Source: Acidobacteriota bacterium
Lineage (GTDB): Bacteria; Acidobacteriota; Blastocatellia; Pyrinomonadales; Pyrinomonadaceae
Length of the DNA: 64,000 bases
Reading direction: 5' to 3'
Assembly: GCA_020199775.1 (NCBI GenBank)
Contig: JAIVJZ010000046.1
Coordinates: 9,011 to 73,010, forward strand
Position 1 is the stretch's first letter; each line of letters begins with the position of its first letter. The notes under the pieces were generated by a model. That model was not told the origin of the DNA, ran no database searches, and saw only the letters and a list, made by a program, of their open reading frames with translations. Positions 44,712 to 55,137 of the stretch are shown in pieces. A program made the position numbers and the translations under genes.

Positions 44712-46364
44712 CTACTGCGTGCGCGATCTTTCTTCTTCGAGGCGTTGCTTGATGAGCCGCTCGGCCAGATCGGGGACGACCTCCCAGGCGATCTCGCGCA
44801 CGACCTGTTCCGACATGTGCGCGACGACGCGCCGCACCACCTCGTCCAGCATTTCCGGTGACAGAGACGACGCCGAAGACGATACTTGCCCCGGCTCGGA
44901 CGACGCGGCGGGCGAACTTGCCCCCACCCCAACTGCCGCCAAACTCCTATCAGCCGCGACCGGCTCTCCCGTTTGCGTCTCGCCCGAGGCTTCGACTGCT
45001 GCGACGCCGCCCGCGTGCGCCACGACACTGGCGGCCACAGGGTCTCCGTCCCACGCGAGCGAGTGTGTTGCGTGAACATCTTCCTCTCGCGCCGGGTAAC
45101 TTTCCGTGTCGCGCGCGTCCGGCGCAGGAGGAGGAGGAGGCTCGTTCGCGAAAAGCAGCGAAGGCGATTCTAAAATCTCCGGCGCTTCAAATTCCCCCGG
45201 CGATTCCGACTTCTCCGGCTCGTCCGCCAGCAGCGCGAGTTCGTCTTCCTCGTCCGCTACGGAGTGCGACGCAGACATCTCCGGCTCCGCGTACGATTGC
45301 GGCGCGGAGAACGCTTCCAATTCCGGCGACGCTTCCGGCATCGCGAACACTTCGGGCATCTCGGTCGTCTGCGCGTGCTCGGCAAACAACATGTCCGCTT
45401 CGGCGGCCGCGTCGTGGGCGGGCGCGGCGGCGAAGTCGAAAGGGTCTTCGTCGCCCATGTCGAGGATGAAGTCGTCGGCTTCGCCGGTCGCCGCCCGTGC
45501 GGGCGCGATGTCGCCGAGTTCGAGCAGCGCGTCGTCTGCTTCGGCGGCGCGTGCCGTGTGCGCGTCGAAAGCGGACTCGGCGACGGGTGCGGCGGCGGTG
45601 CGTGAAGTGGCGGGCGAACTTGCCGCGGAGGCGGCAGCCGCAAGCGGCTCCGGCGTGGGCGCATCGTCTTCGCCTAAGACGAAAGCCTCGTCCATCTCGC
45701 CGCGGTCGCTGAATTGTTCCTCTTCCTTGATCTCGGAGAAGTCGGGCGCGGCGTGCCGCTGCTGCTGCTGCTGCTGCTGCGCGTCGAAGGCTGCGGCGGG
45801 AGTCGTCTGGATGGTTGCGTCGTCCATATCGAAATCGGCGAAGGCATCTGTGGAAGTGTTAGGGGTCTGGGCCGCCGGGTCGGCGGCGCGCGCGTCGGCG
45901 GCGAAGGGCGAGAGGTCTTTTGTCGCTTCTTCCGCGTCGTGGCGTTCATCGCGCGCGTGTTGGGCGTCGTGGGTCTTCTCTTCCGGCTGACCGCCGAGCA
46001 GGCCGCCGACTTTGTTGACGAGATCGCGTATGGATTGAAAAGGTTTGGTCAAGACTTCGTCCGCGCCGACTCTGCGCGCCTCCGCTTCGTTGAAAGGTTC
46101 AAACGTGCCGACGAGCAGCACCACCGGAATGTGTCGCGTGCGTTCGTCCGTCTTGATGCGTTCACAGAGCGCGTAGCCGTCCGGCTCCGGCATGAACACA
46201 TCAGCGAGGACGATGTCCGGCAAACTGTCGCCGAGCTTTTCGAGAGCCGCCGCACCGCCCCCGACGGTCGTGACCTCCATTGCTTCGTCGCCGAAGGTCA
46301 GACTCACCACCTTTTGAATGGTTAAAGAATCATCGGCGAGCAGCAGTTTGCGTCCCGTTAGCAA
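44712..46364 (-). CDS. Response regulator receiver domain protein with a long acidic low-complexity region and a conserved C-terminal helix
   Basis: KLLLADDSLTIQKVV...DIVLADVFMPEPDGYALCERIK...PVVLLVG (REC). About 350 aa Ala/Asp/Glu/Pro-rich, including Q7. C-terminal PEMLDEVVRRVVAHMSEQVVREIAWEVVPDLAERLIKQRL. Confidence 0.8.
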   Translation of the reverse strand: MLTGRKLLLADDSLTIQKVVSLTFGDEAMEVTTVGGGAAALEKLGDSLPDIVLADVFMPEPDGYALCERIKTDERTRHIPVVLLVGTFEPFNEAEARRVGADEVLTKPFQSIRDLVNKVGGLLGGQPEEKTHDAQHARDERHDAEEATKDLSPFAADARAADPAAQTPNTSTDAFADFDMDDATIQTTPAAAFDAQQQQQQQRHAAPDFSEIKEEEQFSDRGEMDEAFVLGEDDAPTPEPLAAAASAASSPATSRTAAAPVAESAFDAHTARAAEADDALLELGDIAPARAATGEADDFILDMGDEDPFDFAAAPAHDAAAEADMLFAEHAQTTEMPEVFAMPEASPELEAFSAPQSYAEPEMSASHSVADEEDELALLADEPEKSESPGEFEAPEILESPSLLFANEPPPPPAPDARDTESYPAREEDVHATHSLAWDGDPVAASVVAHAGGVAAVEASGETQTGEPVAADRSLAAVGVGASSPAASSEPGQVSSSASSLSPEMLDEVVRRVVAHMSEQVVREIAWEVVPDLAERLIKQRLEEERSRTQ

Positions 46365-46544
46365 AAACTAAACTCCTTGAGGGCGGGCGTCGTCCGGTTG
46401 GAGAACCGGGAACCTCTCGGACGATCTTTCGAGCGTGCGGTGGCGGCGCGAACGACGCGGGGCGTGAGACAACAAAATCCGGCCTGCCCTTCCGTAAACA
46501 GGCCACTATTTGAAGCTAACAGACGCGCCGACGAAGCGTCAAGA

Positions 46545-46629
46545 GAAACGATGAAGTAGGAACGATGAACGATGAAGTAAAAGCAAGTTGTCTTTACTTC
46601 ATCGTTCATCGTTCCTACTTCATCGTTTC
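46545..46629. repeat. Heptamer-armed hairpin, word GATGAAC/GATGAAG (near-perfect palindrome; close copy of 1184-1265)
   Basis: gaaacgatgaagtaggaacgatgaacgatgaagtaaaag (46545-46583) pairs with ctttacttcatcgttcatcgttcctacttcatcgtttc (46592-46629). The right arm contains the stop of the 46620-47639 gene. Confidence 0.92.
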
Positions 46630-47639
46630 CCTACCGTCACGTCGTCCGCCGTGTTCGGTTTGCCGTCCGCGCCGAGCGAGCGGAGGGTGAAGCGTTCGCG
46701 CGCGCCGACGTATTCGTAGGGGCGATGCCACGGGTCGAAGCGGATAAGCGCAGCGGTGTAATCCGGGTTGAGATGATCGACGAGGTCGGAGGCCGTTTCG
46801 GCGACGACGTAGAACCCGCGCGCGCGTCGATACTCTTCGAGCAGCGCGGCCAAACTTTCGAGGTCGGCGCGGGCGCGCGCCAGTTTCTCCGTGTTGAGCG
46901 CGCTCTCGAAAGCGTCGAACGCCTCAAAGCCGCGCCCGCCTCCGATGCGCACGCGCGCCACCTGCCAGCGTCCGCGCGCGTCGCGCACGAAATCCACGGA
47001 TGTTTCGACTTCCAACTCGACCACCGCCGCAGACCCCATCGGGGCGAGCGCGGCCGCCGGGTTCTTGACCGAGAGCGCGCCGCGCCTCAATTCCTTCGGC
47101 GGTTGGTTCTTGTCGTTGCCTATCGGTTGACTCTCCGGCGCGTCGCTTGCGGTCGCGCTCTTGTTATTGCCGAGCGCGGCGAGTTCGGCAGCGAACGCGT
47201 CGAGTTCAACGCGCGCGAATGCAAGGCCATCGCCGCCGAGCGCGCGCGCCAGCAGGTCGAACGATTCCCACTGGCGGTCGCCCGTCCTGACTTCGAGCAC
47301 GCGCCAACTGCCCGCCGCGTCTTTCACGAAACGAAAGCCCAGTTTCACGCCCGCCAGCACGGTCGCGACCGCGCCGGGCGGCGAGATTTCCTTGATCGTC
47401 ACCGCCTCTTTGTTGAGTTCGAAGAGCGACACGGCGGCGATCAGTTTGCGCGCGTCGTCCTTCTTGATGGCCTTCTCCGCGGCCGCCGTGGCGATGCCGC
47501 CCGCGCTACCGGCGGCGAACGCGCACAGCGCGGCGCAGACGCTCAGGATAAAAATCGTCCGCTGAGTTGTGTTTCTCATACGTTGGCTTGCCCGGCGTTG
47601 GATGTCGAAATCGGGTGTCGAAGAAGTATCGAAACTCAA
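46620..47639 (-). CDS. Secreted hypothetical protein with a C-terminal GspG-like (type II secretion pseudopilin C-terminal) segment
   Basis: Signal-like ILSVCAALCAFAAGSAGG. C-terminal DPWHRPYEYVG...LRSLGADGKPNTADDV resembles the T2SS_G C-terminal motif. 4-nt overlap with the upstream response regulator. Confidence 0.5.
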   Translation of the reverse strand: MSFDTSSTPDFDIQRRASQRMRNTTQRTIFILSVCAALCAFAAGSAGGIATAAAEKAIKKDDARKLIAAVSLFELNKEAVTIKEISPPGAVATVLAGVKLGFRFVKDAAGSWRVLEVRTGDRQWESFDLLARALGGDGLAFARVELDAFAAELAALGNNKSATASDAPESQPIGNDKNQPPKELRRGALSVKNPAAALAPMGSAAVVELEVETSVDFVRDARGRWQVARVRIGGGRGFEAFDAFESALNTEKLARARADLESLAALLEEYRRARGFYVVAETASDLVDHLNPDYTAALIRFDPWHRPYEYVGARERFTLRSLGADGKPNTADDVTVGKR

Positions 47640-48037
47640 CCGCCCGCATTGTTGATCAGGACGCGCAGCATAACCTGAAGTTGCGAAGCGGTGAAGGGCT
47701 TCGGGAGGAAGACGATTGCGCCCGCGCTGAAACTTTCGGAGGAGTGTCTGGGGTTCTGCTCGGCGGTCATCATCATCACCGGAATTTTCATCAGGCGTTT
47801 TTCCGTCCGCATGTGGCGGACGAGTTCCGGTCCCTGAATGTGCGGCATCACCACGTCGAAGATGGCGGCGGTAAAGTTGGTGTCGTTTTGCAGAATCTTA
47901 TACGCCTCGCGGCCGTCGGCGGCCGTCACCACCGTGTAGCCCTCTTTCTCGACCAGCGTTTTAACCAGACGCAGGATCGCCGGATCATCGTCGGCGACCA
48001 GAATGCGGCGAGGAGTTGGTGAAGTTTGCTCTGCCAT
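47636..48037 (-). CDS. Single-domain response regulator (CheY-like)
   Basis: RILVADDDPAILRLVKTLVEKEGYTVVTAADGREA...FDVVMPHIQGPELVRHMR...IPVMMMTA...FLPKPF. Confidence 0.87.
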   Translation of the reverse strand: MAEQTSPTPRRILVADDDPAILRLVKTLVEKEGYTVVTAADGREAYKILQNDTNFTAAIFDVVMPHIQGPELVRHMRTEKRLMKIPVMMMTAEQNPRHSSESFSAGAIVFLPKPFTASQLQVMLRVLINNAGG

Positions 48038-48046
48038 TTCTTTTAA

Positions 48047-48115
48047 GTGACGGGCGACAGGTGACGAGTTGAAGACAAGCTCTTTTGTTTTAACTCGTCA
48101 CCTGTCGCCCATCAC
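48047..48115. repeat. Heptamer-armed hairpin, word GTGACGG/GCGACAG/GTGACGA (same family as 27075-27150, opposite orientation)
   Basis: gtgacgg gcgacag gtgacga gttgaag (48047-48074) pairs with ttttaactcgtcacctgtcgcccatcac (48088-48115), 1 mismatch in 24. The right arm contains the pdxA stop (48098-48100). Confidence 0.88.
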
Positions 48116-49174
48116 GGCCTCTTGGTTGCTGTCTTCCATGCGCGAAAATTCGGCGGCGAGGATGATGGCCGCCACCATGCTGGAATGTTCCGCCAGCCCG
48201 CGCCCCGCAATATCAAACGCCGTCCCGTGATCCACCGAGGTGCGGATAAACGGCAGCCCCAGCGAGACGTTGACCGCCTCGCCGAACGAGAGGCACTTGA
48301 CCGGGATCATCGCCTGATCGTGATAACAGGCCACGACTGCGTCGAACTCGCCGCGCGAGGCGCGCAGGAAAACCGTGTCCGCCGAAAACGGCCCCGTCAC
48401 GTTGATCCCCAACTCCCGGCACGCCTCCACCGCGGGCACGATCTCGGCAGACTCTTCGACGCCGAAGAGACCGCCCTCCGCCCCGTGCGGGTTGAGCGCG
48501 GCCATCGCGAGTCGTGGTTCGGGGATGCCCCAGCGTTTGAGTTCGCGGTTCGCCAGCCGCACCACCGGCTCGATGCGCTCGCGCCGCACCATGCGGATCG
48601 CTTCGGCCAGAGGGACGTGCGTCGAGATTAGCACGATCCGCAAGTTGGCCGCGACGAAGGCCATCGCCACTTCGGGCGTGTGCGTCAGGTGCGCGAGAAA
48701 TTCCGTGTGGCCGGGGAAACTGTAGCCGCCGAGAAAGAGCGCGCGCTTGTTGATCGGCGCGGTCGAGATCGCGTCGAGGCTCCCGCGCATGCACAACTCG
48801 ACCGCCGCCTCGATGTACTCGCCCGACGCGCGCCCCGCAGCGGAAGACTCCACGCCCGGTTCGATGTCCGCGCGGATATTGTCGAGGTGATAGATGACGG
48901 GAGTGTCGAGTTGTTCGGGCAGCGGCTCGTCGCGGCGGACGACCTCGTAGCCGCATTGGAGGTTGAGTTTGCGCGCCGTGTGCGTGAGCAGTTGCGCGTC
49001 GCCGATGATGACGGGCGCACACACGCGCCTGACCGCGGCCTCGGCCACCGCCTTGAGGACGACTTCAGGGCCGATCCCCGAAGGGTCGCCGATGGTGATC
49101 CCGATGCGCGGGCGGCGTCCGGCGGTGGAGTCCGGCTGGCCGTCAGTTGTGCTGTCCCTGATCTCGCTCATCAC
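48098..49174 (-). CDS. pdxA: 4-hydroxythreonine-4-phosphate dehydrogenase
   Basis: IGITIGDPSGIGPEV, FPGHTEFLA, ALNPHGAEGG and YHDQAMIPVK are PdxA signatures. Confidence 0.9.
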   Translation of the reverse strand: MMSEIRDSTTDGQPDSTAGRRPRIGITIGDPSGIGPEVVLKAVAEAAVRRVCAPVIIGDAQLLTHTARKLNLQCGYEVVRRDEPLPEQLDTPVIYHLDNIRADIEPGVESSAAGRASGEYIEAAVELCMRGSLDAISTAPINKRALFLGGYSFPGHTEFLAHLTHTPEVAMAFVAANLRIVLISTHVPLAEAIRMVRRERIEPVVRLANRELKRWGIPEPRLAMAALNPHGAEGGLFGVEESAEIVPAVEACRELGINVTGPFSADTVFLRASRGEFDAVVACYHDQAMIPVKCLSFGEAVNVSLGLPFIRTSVDHGTAFDIAGRGLAEHSSMVAAIILAAEFSRMEDSNQEAVMGDR

Positions 49175-49257
49175 ATGCTGGCGAAAACGAGCGGGCGCGG
49201 CTGCCTGTGCAACAACAGCCGCGCGCCCGTTTCGTTACTAAAGAGTATGCGGGAAAG

Positions 49258-49773
<516 letters not shown>

Positions 49774-50019
49774 TTTTTTACTTATGCCTCCAACAGTCGT
49801 ACAAGCAGGAAAACGGCGCGCTGAATTTTGAATACCCCGACTCTCTACGGACGAGTTGCCAAACAAATGGCGCGCTTGGATGCGCCTGCTTTTACAGGCG
49901 GTGGTCGTTTGCAAGACGAGAACGGTTATTGTCTCGTTAGTTTTGAATTACAATCCTGTCAGGAATGGGCGACATGCTACACGAGCAACGTTAGTTTGGC
50001 AAGCCTCACGCGCCGGGAA

Positions 50020-50144
50020 GCAGTCAGCCGTCAGCTATCAGCCATCAGCGGAAAAGAAGTAGAGCCGTGAGTGAATCAGCATCGGCTGAATCTGCTCACG
50101 GCTCAATGTTTATTGCTGACGGCTGATAGCTGATGGCTGACTGC
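50020..50144. repeat. Heptamer-armed hairpin, word GTCAGCC, with a second hairpin in the loop
   Basis: gcagtcagccgtcagctatcagccatcagc (50020-50049) pairs with gctgacggctgatagctgatggctgactgc (50115-50144): 28/30 paired, the 2 mismatches 14 nt apart. Inner hairpin gagccgtgag...ctcacggctc at 50062-50104. Abuts the ftsZ stop. Confidence 0.92.
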
Positions 50145-51340
50145 TAATCGGCCTTCTTGCGGATGAAGGCGGGCACGTCCAGATCGTCGGAGCGCGTCTG
50201 CCCGGCGGCGGTGCTGCGCGACGGCAACTCGTCGGTGCGCGGCAGGTAACGCGGCTGCGCCGCCGGCATCACGTTCGGGTTCGTGACGAGACCGGCGTCA
50301 GCGGATTCTTTGTCGAAGCCCGTCGCGATGACCGTGATCTTCATCTCGTCGCGCATGGTCTCGTCGATCACCGCGCCGAAGATGATGTTGGCGTCCTCGT
50401 CGGCCGCCTCGCGGATAATCGAAGAGGCTTCGTTGACTTCAAACAGCGTCAGGTCTAGGCCGCCCGTGATGTTGATGAGCACGCCCTTCGCGCCGTTGAT
50501 CGACGCCTCTTCCAGCAGGGGCGAAGAGATCGCTTCCTGCGTCGCCTTGAGCGCGCGGTCTTCTCCGCTCGCGCGTCCCGCGCCCATCAAGGCCATGCCC
50601 ATCCCGGCCATGATCGATTTCACGTCGGCGAAGTCGAGGTTGATGAGGCCGGGCACGGTGATCAAGTCGCTGATGCCCTGCACGGCTTGCCGGAGCACGT
50701 CGTCCGCCATCTTGAAGGCGTCCGTCAGAGACATATCTTTGGTCACGTTGCCGAGCAGACGCTCGTTCGGGATCGTGATGACCGTGTCCACACACTCGCG
50801 CAGTTCCCTCAAGCCCTGATCGCCCTGCTGCATGCGCCGCTTGCCTTCAAAGTGAAACGGCTTCGTGACGACGGCGACCGTCAACGCGTTCAACTCCGTC
50901 GCAAGGCTCGCGATGATCGGCGCCGCGCCCGTGCCCGTGCCGCCGCCGAGGCCGGTCGTGACGAAGACCATGTCCGCGCCTTCCAGAGCCTCGATGATCT
51001 TCTCCGTGTCTTCGAGCGCGGCGTTGCGTCCCACGTCGGGGTTCGCGCCCGCGCCCAGTCCTTTCGTCAACTTGCCGCCGAGTTGAATCTTGATCGGCGC
51101 GCGCGAACGCTTCAACGCCTGCAAGTCGGTGTTGGCGACGAGGAACTCGATGCCCTCTATTCCGGCCTCAATCATGCGGTTGACGGCGTTGCCCCCGCCG
51201 CCGCCCACGCCGATCACTTTGATGCGCGCGCCGGTGATCGGAGGATCGTCGTCTATGAAAATATTAATGCCACTGCCCGGCTGACGGCTTTCCGGTGTCA
51301 TATCGTATAAGTCCTTTCCTCTTCTGTGAACGCCCGCCAC
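50144..51340 (-). CDS. ftsZ: Cell division protein FtsZ
   Basis: [29 protein letters not shown] (tubulin signature), C-terminal [10 protein letters not shown] peptide. GTG start. Confidence 0.96.
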   Translation of the reverse strand: MAGVHRRGKDLYDMTPESRQPGSGINIFIDDDPPITGARIKVIGVGGGGGNAVNRMIEAGIEGIEFLVANTDLQALKRSRAPIKIQLGGKLTKGLGAGANPDVGRNAALEDTEKIIEALEGADMVFVTTGLGGGTGTGAAPIIASLATELNALTVAVVTKPFHFEGKRRMQQGDQGLRELRECVDTVITIPNERLLGNVTKDMSLTDAFKMADDVLRQAVQGISDLITVPGLINLDFADVKSIMAGMGMALMGAGRASGEDRALKATQEAISSPLLEEASINGAKGVLINITGGLDLTLFEVNEASSIIREAADEDANIIFGAVIDETMRDEMKITVIATGFDKESADAGLVTNPNVMPAAQPRYLPRTDELPSRSTAAGQTRSDDLDVPAFIRKKAD

Positions 51341-51443
51341 TCAGTGAAGCCTAAGCGGCTATTTTGGGCTGTGCGCGCCGGTGACACCCATATATTGCGG
51401 ACAACATCTTGTGCCGGCTGGCGCGGCAGCATACAACAACTTG

Positions 51444-52709
51444 TCAGAAAATACTACTAAAACGATTACGGAATTTTGAAACGAAAGCGGTCAACCCGCC
51501 CGTCGCCCCGCGTTTACCGCCGGCCGCGCGCGCTTCGACCGCGTTGGCGCGTCCGGCGACGAGCGACAGCCCCGCGGCCGACGTCCACGCCGGGGTTTGA
51601 ATGTCTTCGACGAGGCCGCCGAAACGGTCGCGCTCCGGGTAGCCGAGCCTGACGGGCGCGTCGAAAACCTGTTCGGCCACTTCGACCATCCCGCCGAGCA
51701 GCGACCCGCCGCCCGTCAACACCACGCCGCTCGACAACTGCCTGTCCCATCCCGATTCGCGTATCTCGTCGGCCACGTGCATCAACACCTCTTCGGCGCG
51801 CGGCTGCAAGATGTCGCACAAAATCTGGCGCGACAACTGGCGCGGGCCGCGTCCTCCGACGGAAGGCACTTCGACCAACTCGCCGCGCTCCATCTCGCTC
51901 AAACCCGTGCTCGACGCGTAGCCCGCGGAACGCTTGATCTTCTCCGCCTCAGGTATGGGCGTGCGCAAGCCAAACGCGATGTCGTTCGTGAAGTGCGAAC
52001 CGCCGAGCGCGAACACCGCCGTGTGCTGCACCGCGCCGCGCTGGTAAATCACGAGCCCGGTCGTCTCCGCTCCGATGTCAACGAGCGCGGAACCGAATTC
52101 CTTGTCCTCTTCCGTCAGGGATGCTTCGGCGGCGGCCAACTGTTCGAGCACCATGTCCGTGACGACCAGACCCGCGCGGTTGACGGCGTTGATGGCATTC
52201 TGTCGCGCCGTGACGGGGCTCGTCACGATGTGAACTTTGACGGCGAGCCGCGCGCCGATCATGCCGACCGGATCGTTGATGCCGTCCTGATCATCGACGA
52301 TGAACTCTTGCGGCAGCCGATCAACGATCTCGCGCCCGGCCGGGAGTTGGATGGCGCAGGCCGAGTCGATTGCGCGCCGCACGTCGTCCGGGGTGATCTC
52401 GCGGTCGCGTCCCGACACGGCGACGATGGCCTGACCGTTGAAGCCCATGATGTGCGAACCCGCCAGATTGATCGTGACTTCCTCGGCTTCGAGGCCGCTC
52501 ATGCGCTCGGCGGCTTCGACCGCGTGCTTGATCGCTTCGACCGCGTTTTCGGGGTTGACGATGACGCCTTTCCGCAGGCCGCGCGCCTCCGCCTCGCCGA
52601 TGCCGACGATGTCGAGCGTGCCCGACGCGTCGCCCGGCTCGCCGATGATGCACGTCACACGGCTCGTGCCGATGCTCAAGCCGACCGTGTGTGCTCCGCG
52701 TTTCGCCAT
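51444..52709 (-). CDS. ftsA: Cell division protein FtsA
   Basis: Actin-like ATPase motifs [28 protein letters not shown] and [15 protein letters not shown] 52709 chosen (ORF is open to 52745). Confidence 0.92.
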   Translation of the reverse strand: MAKRGAHTVGLSIGTSRVTCIIGEPGDASGTLDIVGIGEAEARGLRKGVIVNPENAVEAIKHAVEAAERMSGLEAEEVTINLAGSHIMGFNGQAIVAVSGRDREITPDDVRRAIDSACAIQLPAGREIVDRLPQEFIVDDQDGINDPVGMIGARLAVKVHIVTSPVTARQNAINAVNRAGLVVTDMVLEQLAAAEASLTEEDKEFGSALVDIGAETTGLVIYQRGAVQHTAVFALGGSHFTNDIAFGLRTPIPEAEKIKRSAGYASSTGLSEMERGELVEVPSVGGRGPRQLSRQILCDILQPRAEEVLMHVADEIRESGWDRQLSSGVVLTGGGSLLGGMVEVAEQVFDAPVRLGYPERDRFGGLVEDIQTPAWTSAAGLSLVAGRANAVEARAAGGKRGATGGLTAFVSKFRNRFSSIF

Positions 52710-52793
52710 GCGTTTACTTCCCCTCCTCCAAAGGCGCGCGCTCACGTCGCGCCGTGCCCGCCATACGCTCCGACCGTCGCCGGGGCTATCGCC

Positions 52794-54032
52794 CTAGCCG
52801 CTACGCCCCACGCGGCGCGGCCGCTCGCTCCCGTTGCCGCGCGTCTGCCCGGTCGCGGTGCGCTCGCCGCGACCACCATCACGCGCGCGCGGTTGTTTTT
52901 TGTCCGCTTTATCCTTCGACGCCTTCTCGACCGCAGGGCGCGATTTATTACTCGCCTGCACGGCGGGCTTCTTCGCTTCCGCCGCGCGACGGTTCGTGTC
53001 GGCCGCGACGTTTGCGGTCGTCGTTTCGGGCGCGGCGACAAGAGCGTCATGGGCCGCGCGCTCGTTCGACTTTTCAGGCGCGGCCGCGCCGCTCTGATTG
53101 AGCGCGTGCGCTTTGAATCCGATGACGGCGCGCTTGCCCTGCGTCATGTCGATGTAGGTGATGTGCGCGCCGCGCGGCGTCGCACGTTGCCCGTCGAGGG
53201 CTTCTAAAGATTGCGTGAGCCGCTTCGTCAAATCCTCCCGGCCGAGCCGCACTTCGATCTGCGAGTCGTCGCCCGTCAGCTGCGCGCGCACGTCGCGCAA
53301 ATCGTCGAGGTTCACTTCGCTCACGCGCGAAGCGATCCCGGCGGCCTCCCACTCGCGCGAGAGTTCCAGATACTTCTCGACGCGGCGGCGGTTCTCCGTG
53401 CGCCCCGACTCCGTGCCCGACTCGTCCCAGCCGCGCATGAAGAAGGCGGGCGCGTTCTGCGTCGGCGCGACCGTCCCCGTCATCACGCCGTCGTCGTCAA
53501 CCCAGATGAAACGACCCGCCGCCGTGCGGACGACCGCACGCGGCGTGCGCTCCGTGATCCGCACGCGCAAGCCCGAAGGCAGCACGCGCGTGACGACGGC
53601 CTTGCGCACCCACGGCTGGCGTTCGAGTTCCGCGCTGATCGTCGCGAGGTCGGCTTGCCACACGCCGCCGGCGGCGCCCGCGCGTCGCACCAGAGCCTTG
53701 ATCTGATCCTCCGAGCCTTGCGAGATGCCGCTCACGTCCACCGTTCGCAGTTGAAAGAACGAAGAAGAAGACGCCGTGCGGTAAGCCGTGAAGCAGAGCG
53801 CCGTCACGCACACAACGAGCAGCGTCTTGCCCACGAAAGGCATCCACGCGGACGCCTTGCTCCATGCCGACGAGCCGCCCTTCGACGCCTTGCGACTCGA
53901 CGCGCCGCCGCGCCCGCCGCCGCCGCGTTTGACGGGACGTTGCTGCGCGATCTCTCCGGCGCGGCCACGGCTTCCGCCCCCCTGCTGTGCGCCGCGCCCC
54001 GCGCGTGGTGTGATCACTTGTTCTCTCAACAT
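52794..54032 (-). CDS. ftsQ: Cell division protein FtsQ (POTRA + FtsQ domains) with basic N- and C-terminal tails
   Basis: Position between murB and ftsA. Single TM LLVVCVTALCFTAY, POTRA-like FQLRTVDVSGIS. Long Ala/Lys/Arg-rich C-terminal extension. Confidence 0.8.
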   Translation of the reverse strand: MLREQVITPRAGRGAQQGGGSRGRAGEIAQQRPVKRGGGGRGGASSRKASKGGSSAWSKASAWMPFVGKTLLVVCVTALCFTAYRTASSSSFFQLRTVDVSGISQGSEDQIKALVRRAGAAGGVWQADLATISAELERQPWVRKAVVTRVLPSGLRVRITERTPRAVVRTAAGRFIWVDDDGVMTGTVAPTQNAPAFFMRGWDESGTESGRTENRRRVEKYLELSREWEAAGIASRVSEVNLDDLRDVRAQLTGDDSQIEVRLGREDLTKRLTQSLEALDGQRATPRGAHITYIDMTQGKRAVIGFKAHALNQSGAAAPEKSNERAAHDALVAAPETTTANVAADTNRRAAEAKKPAVQASNKSRPAVEKASKDKADKKQPRARDGGRGERTATGQTRGNGSERPRRVGRSG

Positions 54033-54052
54033 CGCTTAACCTCTTCTTCGGA

Positions 54053-54088
54053 GTGACAAGTCACAGGTGACAAGCGACGCGTGACGGG
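54053..54088. repeat. Single array of GTGACAA-family heptamers (no clear partner arm)
   Basis: gtgacaa gtcacag gtgacaa gcgacgc gtgacgg g, between the ftsQ start (54032) and the murB stop (54106). Confidence 0.5.
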
Positions 54089-54105
54089 AAACCCCGTGCC
54101 CGCCG

Positions 54106-55137
54106 TCAGCCGCGTTGTTCCTCTGCGTCAGTCGTACTCTGCCCGCCCTGCGTCTCTTCGCCGGAAGTCGTCCCGGCCGCTTCGCGCGTGTCGCTGCTGC
54201 GCCACAGTTCCACTTCGTACTCCAACTCGATGCCGCGCTCGCGGCGTATGCGTTCCCTGATCTCTTCGGCCAGCGCGAAGGCGTCCGAGGCGCGCGCGTC
54301 GTCGCCCTCGGTCACGATGAAATTCGCGTGGACGGGCGAGACGACCGCGCCGCCGCGCTTCTCGCCCTTCATCCCCATCTCGTCGATCATCTTCCCCGTG
54401 CTCAAACCGCTGCCCGGCGGGTTCTTGAAGAAGCACCCGGCGGAACGCGCGCCGTGCGGCTGCGTCTCCATCCTCTGACGCTTCACTTCCGCCATCCGTT
54501 CCACGATCTTCGCCGAGTCGTCCTTTCGCAAACGGAGCGTCACGCCCAACAGCAACTCGCCCTCGCGAAAGGAGGTGTGCCGGTAGTTCCAACTGATCTC
54601 GCCGCCGCGCACGTTGACCACGCGCCCGCCGCGCGCCACGCGCACCGTCTCCACGACGTTCCCGATCTCGTGCCCGTACGCGCCCGCGTTCATCCAGAGC
54701 GCGCCGCCGACCGTGCCCGGGATGCCGCCCAAGCCTTCGATCCCCGCGAGGCCGCGCCGCGCCGCGTCCACGCACAGGCGCGGCAGCGAATAGCCCGCGC
54801 TCACGCTCACGCGCTCGCCCTCGAACAAGGCCGTCCCCTTCACCTCGCGCATGCTCACGACGACGTAATGATGATCCTCGTCGTCGGCCAGCACATTGCT
54901 GCCCGCGCCGAGCACGCGCCACGCTATCCCTGCCGCTTCCAGTTCACCGGCAACCGCCGCCGCCGCTTCCTCCGTCTCCGGCGCGAACACCCAATCAATC
55001 GCCCCCCCGACGCGCAAACTCGTCAACTCGGCGAAACGCCGCCCGCGCTCCGCGCGCACGCCCACTCTGGCCGCGATCTCTTCGATCACCGCGTCGCGTT
55101 CAGTGAGGCTCATCGCGCTTTGCGTCATCGTCGTCAT
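54106..55137 (-). CDS. murB: UDP-N-acetylenolpyruvoylglucosamine reductase
   Basis: FAD-binding [35 protein letters not shown]. 4-nt overlap with murC. Confidence 0.9.
   Translation of the reverse strand: MTTMTQSAMSLTERDAVIEEIAARVGVRAERGRRFAELTSLRVGGAIDWVFAPETEEAAAAVAGELEAAGIAWRVLGAGSNVLADDEDHHYVVVSMREVKGTALFEGERVSVSAGYSLPRLCVDAARRGLAGIEGLGGIPGTVGGALWMNAGAYGHEIGNVVETVRVARGGRVVNVRGGEISWNYRHTSFREGELLLGVTLRLRKDDSAKIVERMAEVKRQRMETQPHGARSAGCFFKNPPGSGLSTGKMIDEMGMKGEKRGGAVVSPVHANFIVTEGDDARASDAFALAEEIRERIRRERGIELEYEVELWRSSDTREAAGTTSGEETQGGQSTTDAEEQRG

Noticed and set aside
51597-53207. 536-aa plus-strand ORF. Similar long plus-strand ORFs occur at 54115-55203, 55305-56570, 56918-58279 and 60459-61982.
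   Set aside because: All are antisense to strongly supported dcw genes (ftsA/ftsQ, murB, murC, murG, murD/mraY) and have Arg-rich, low-information sequences.
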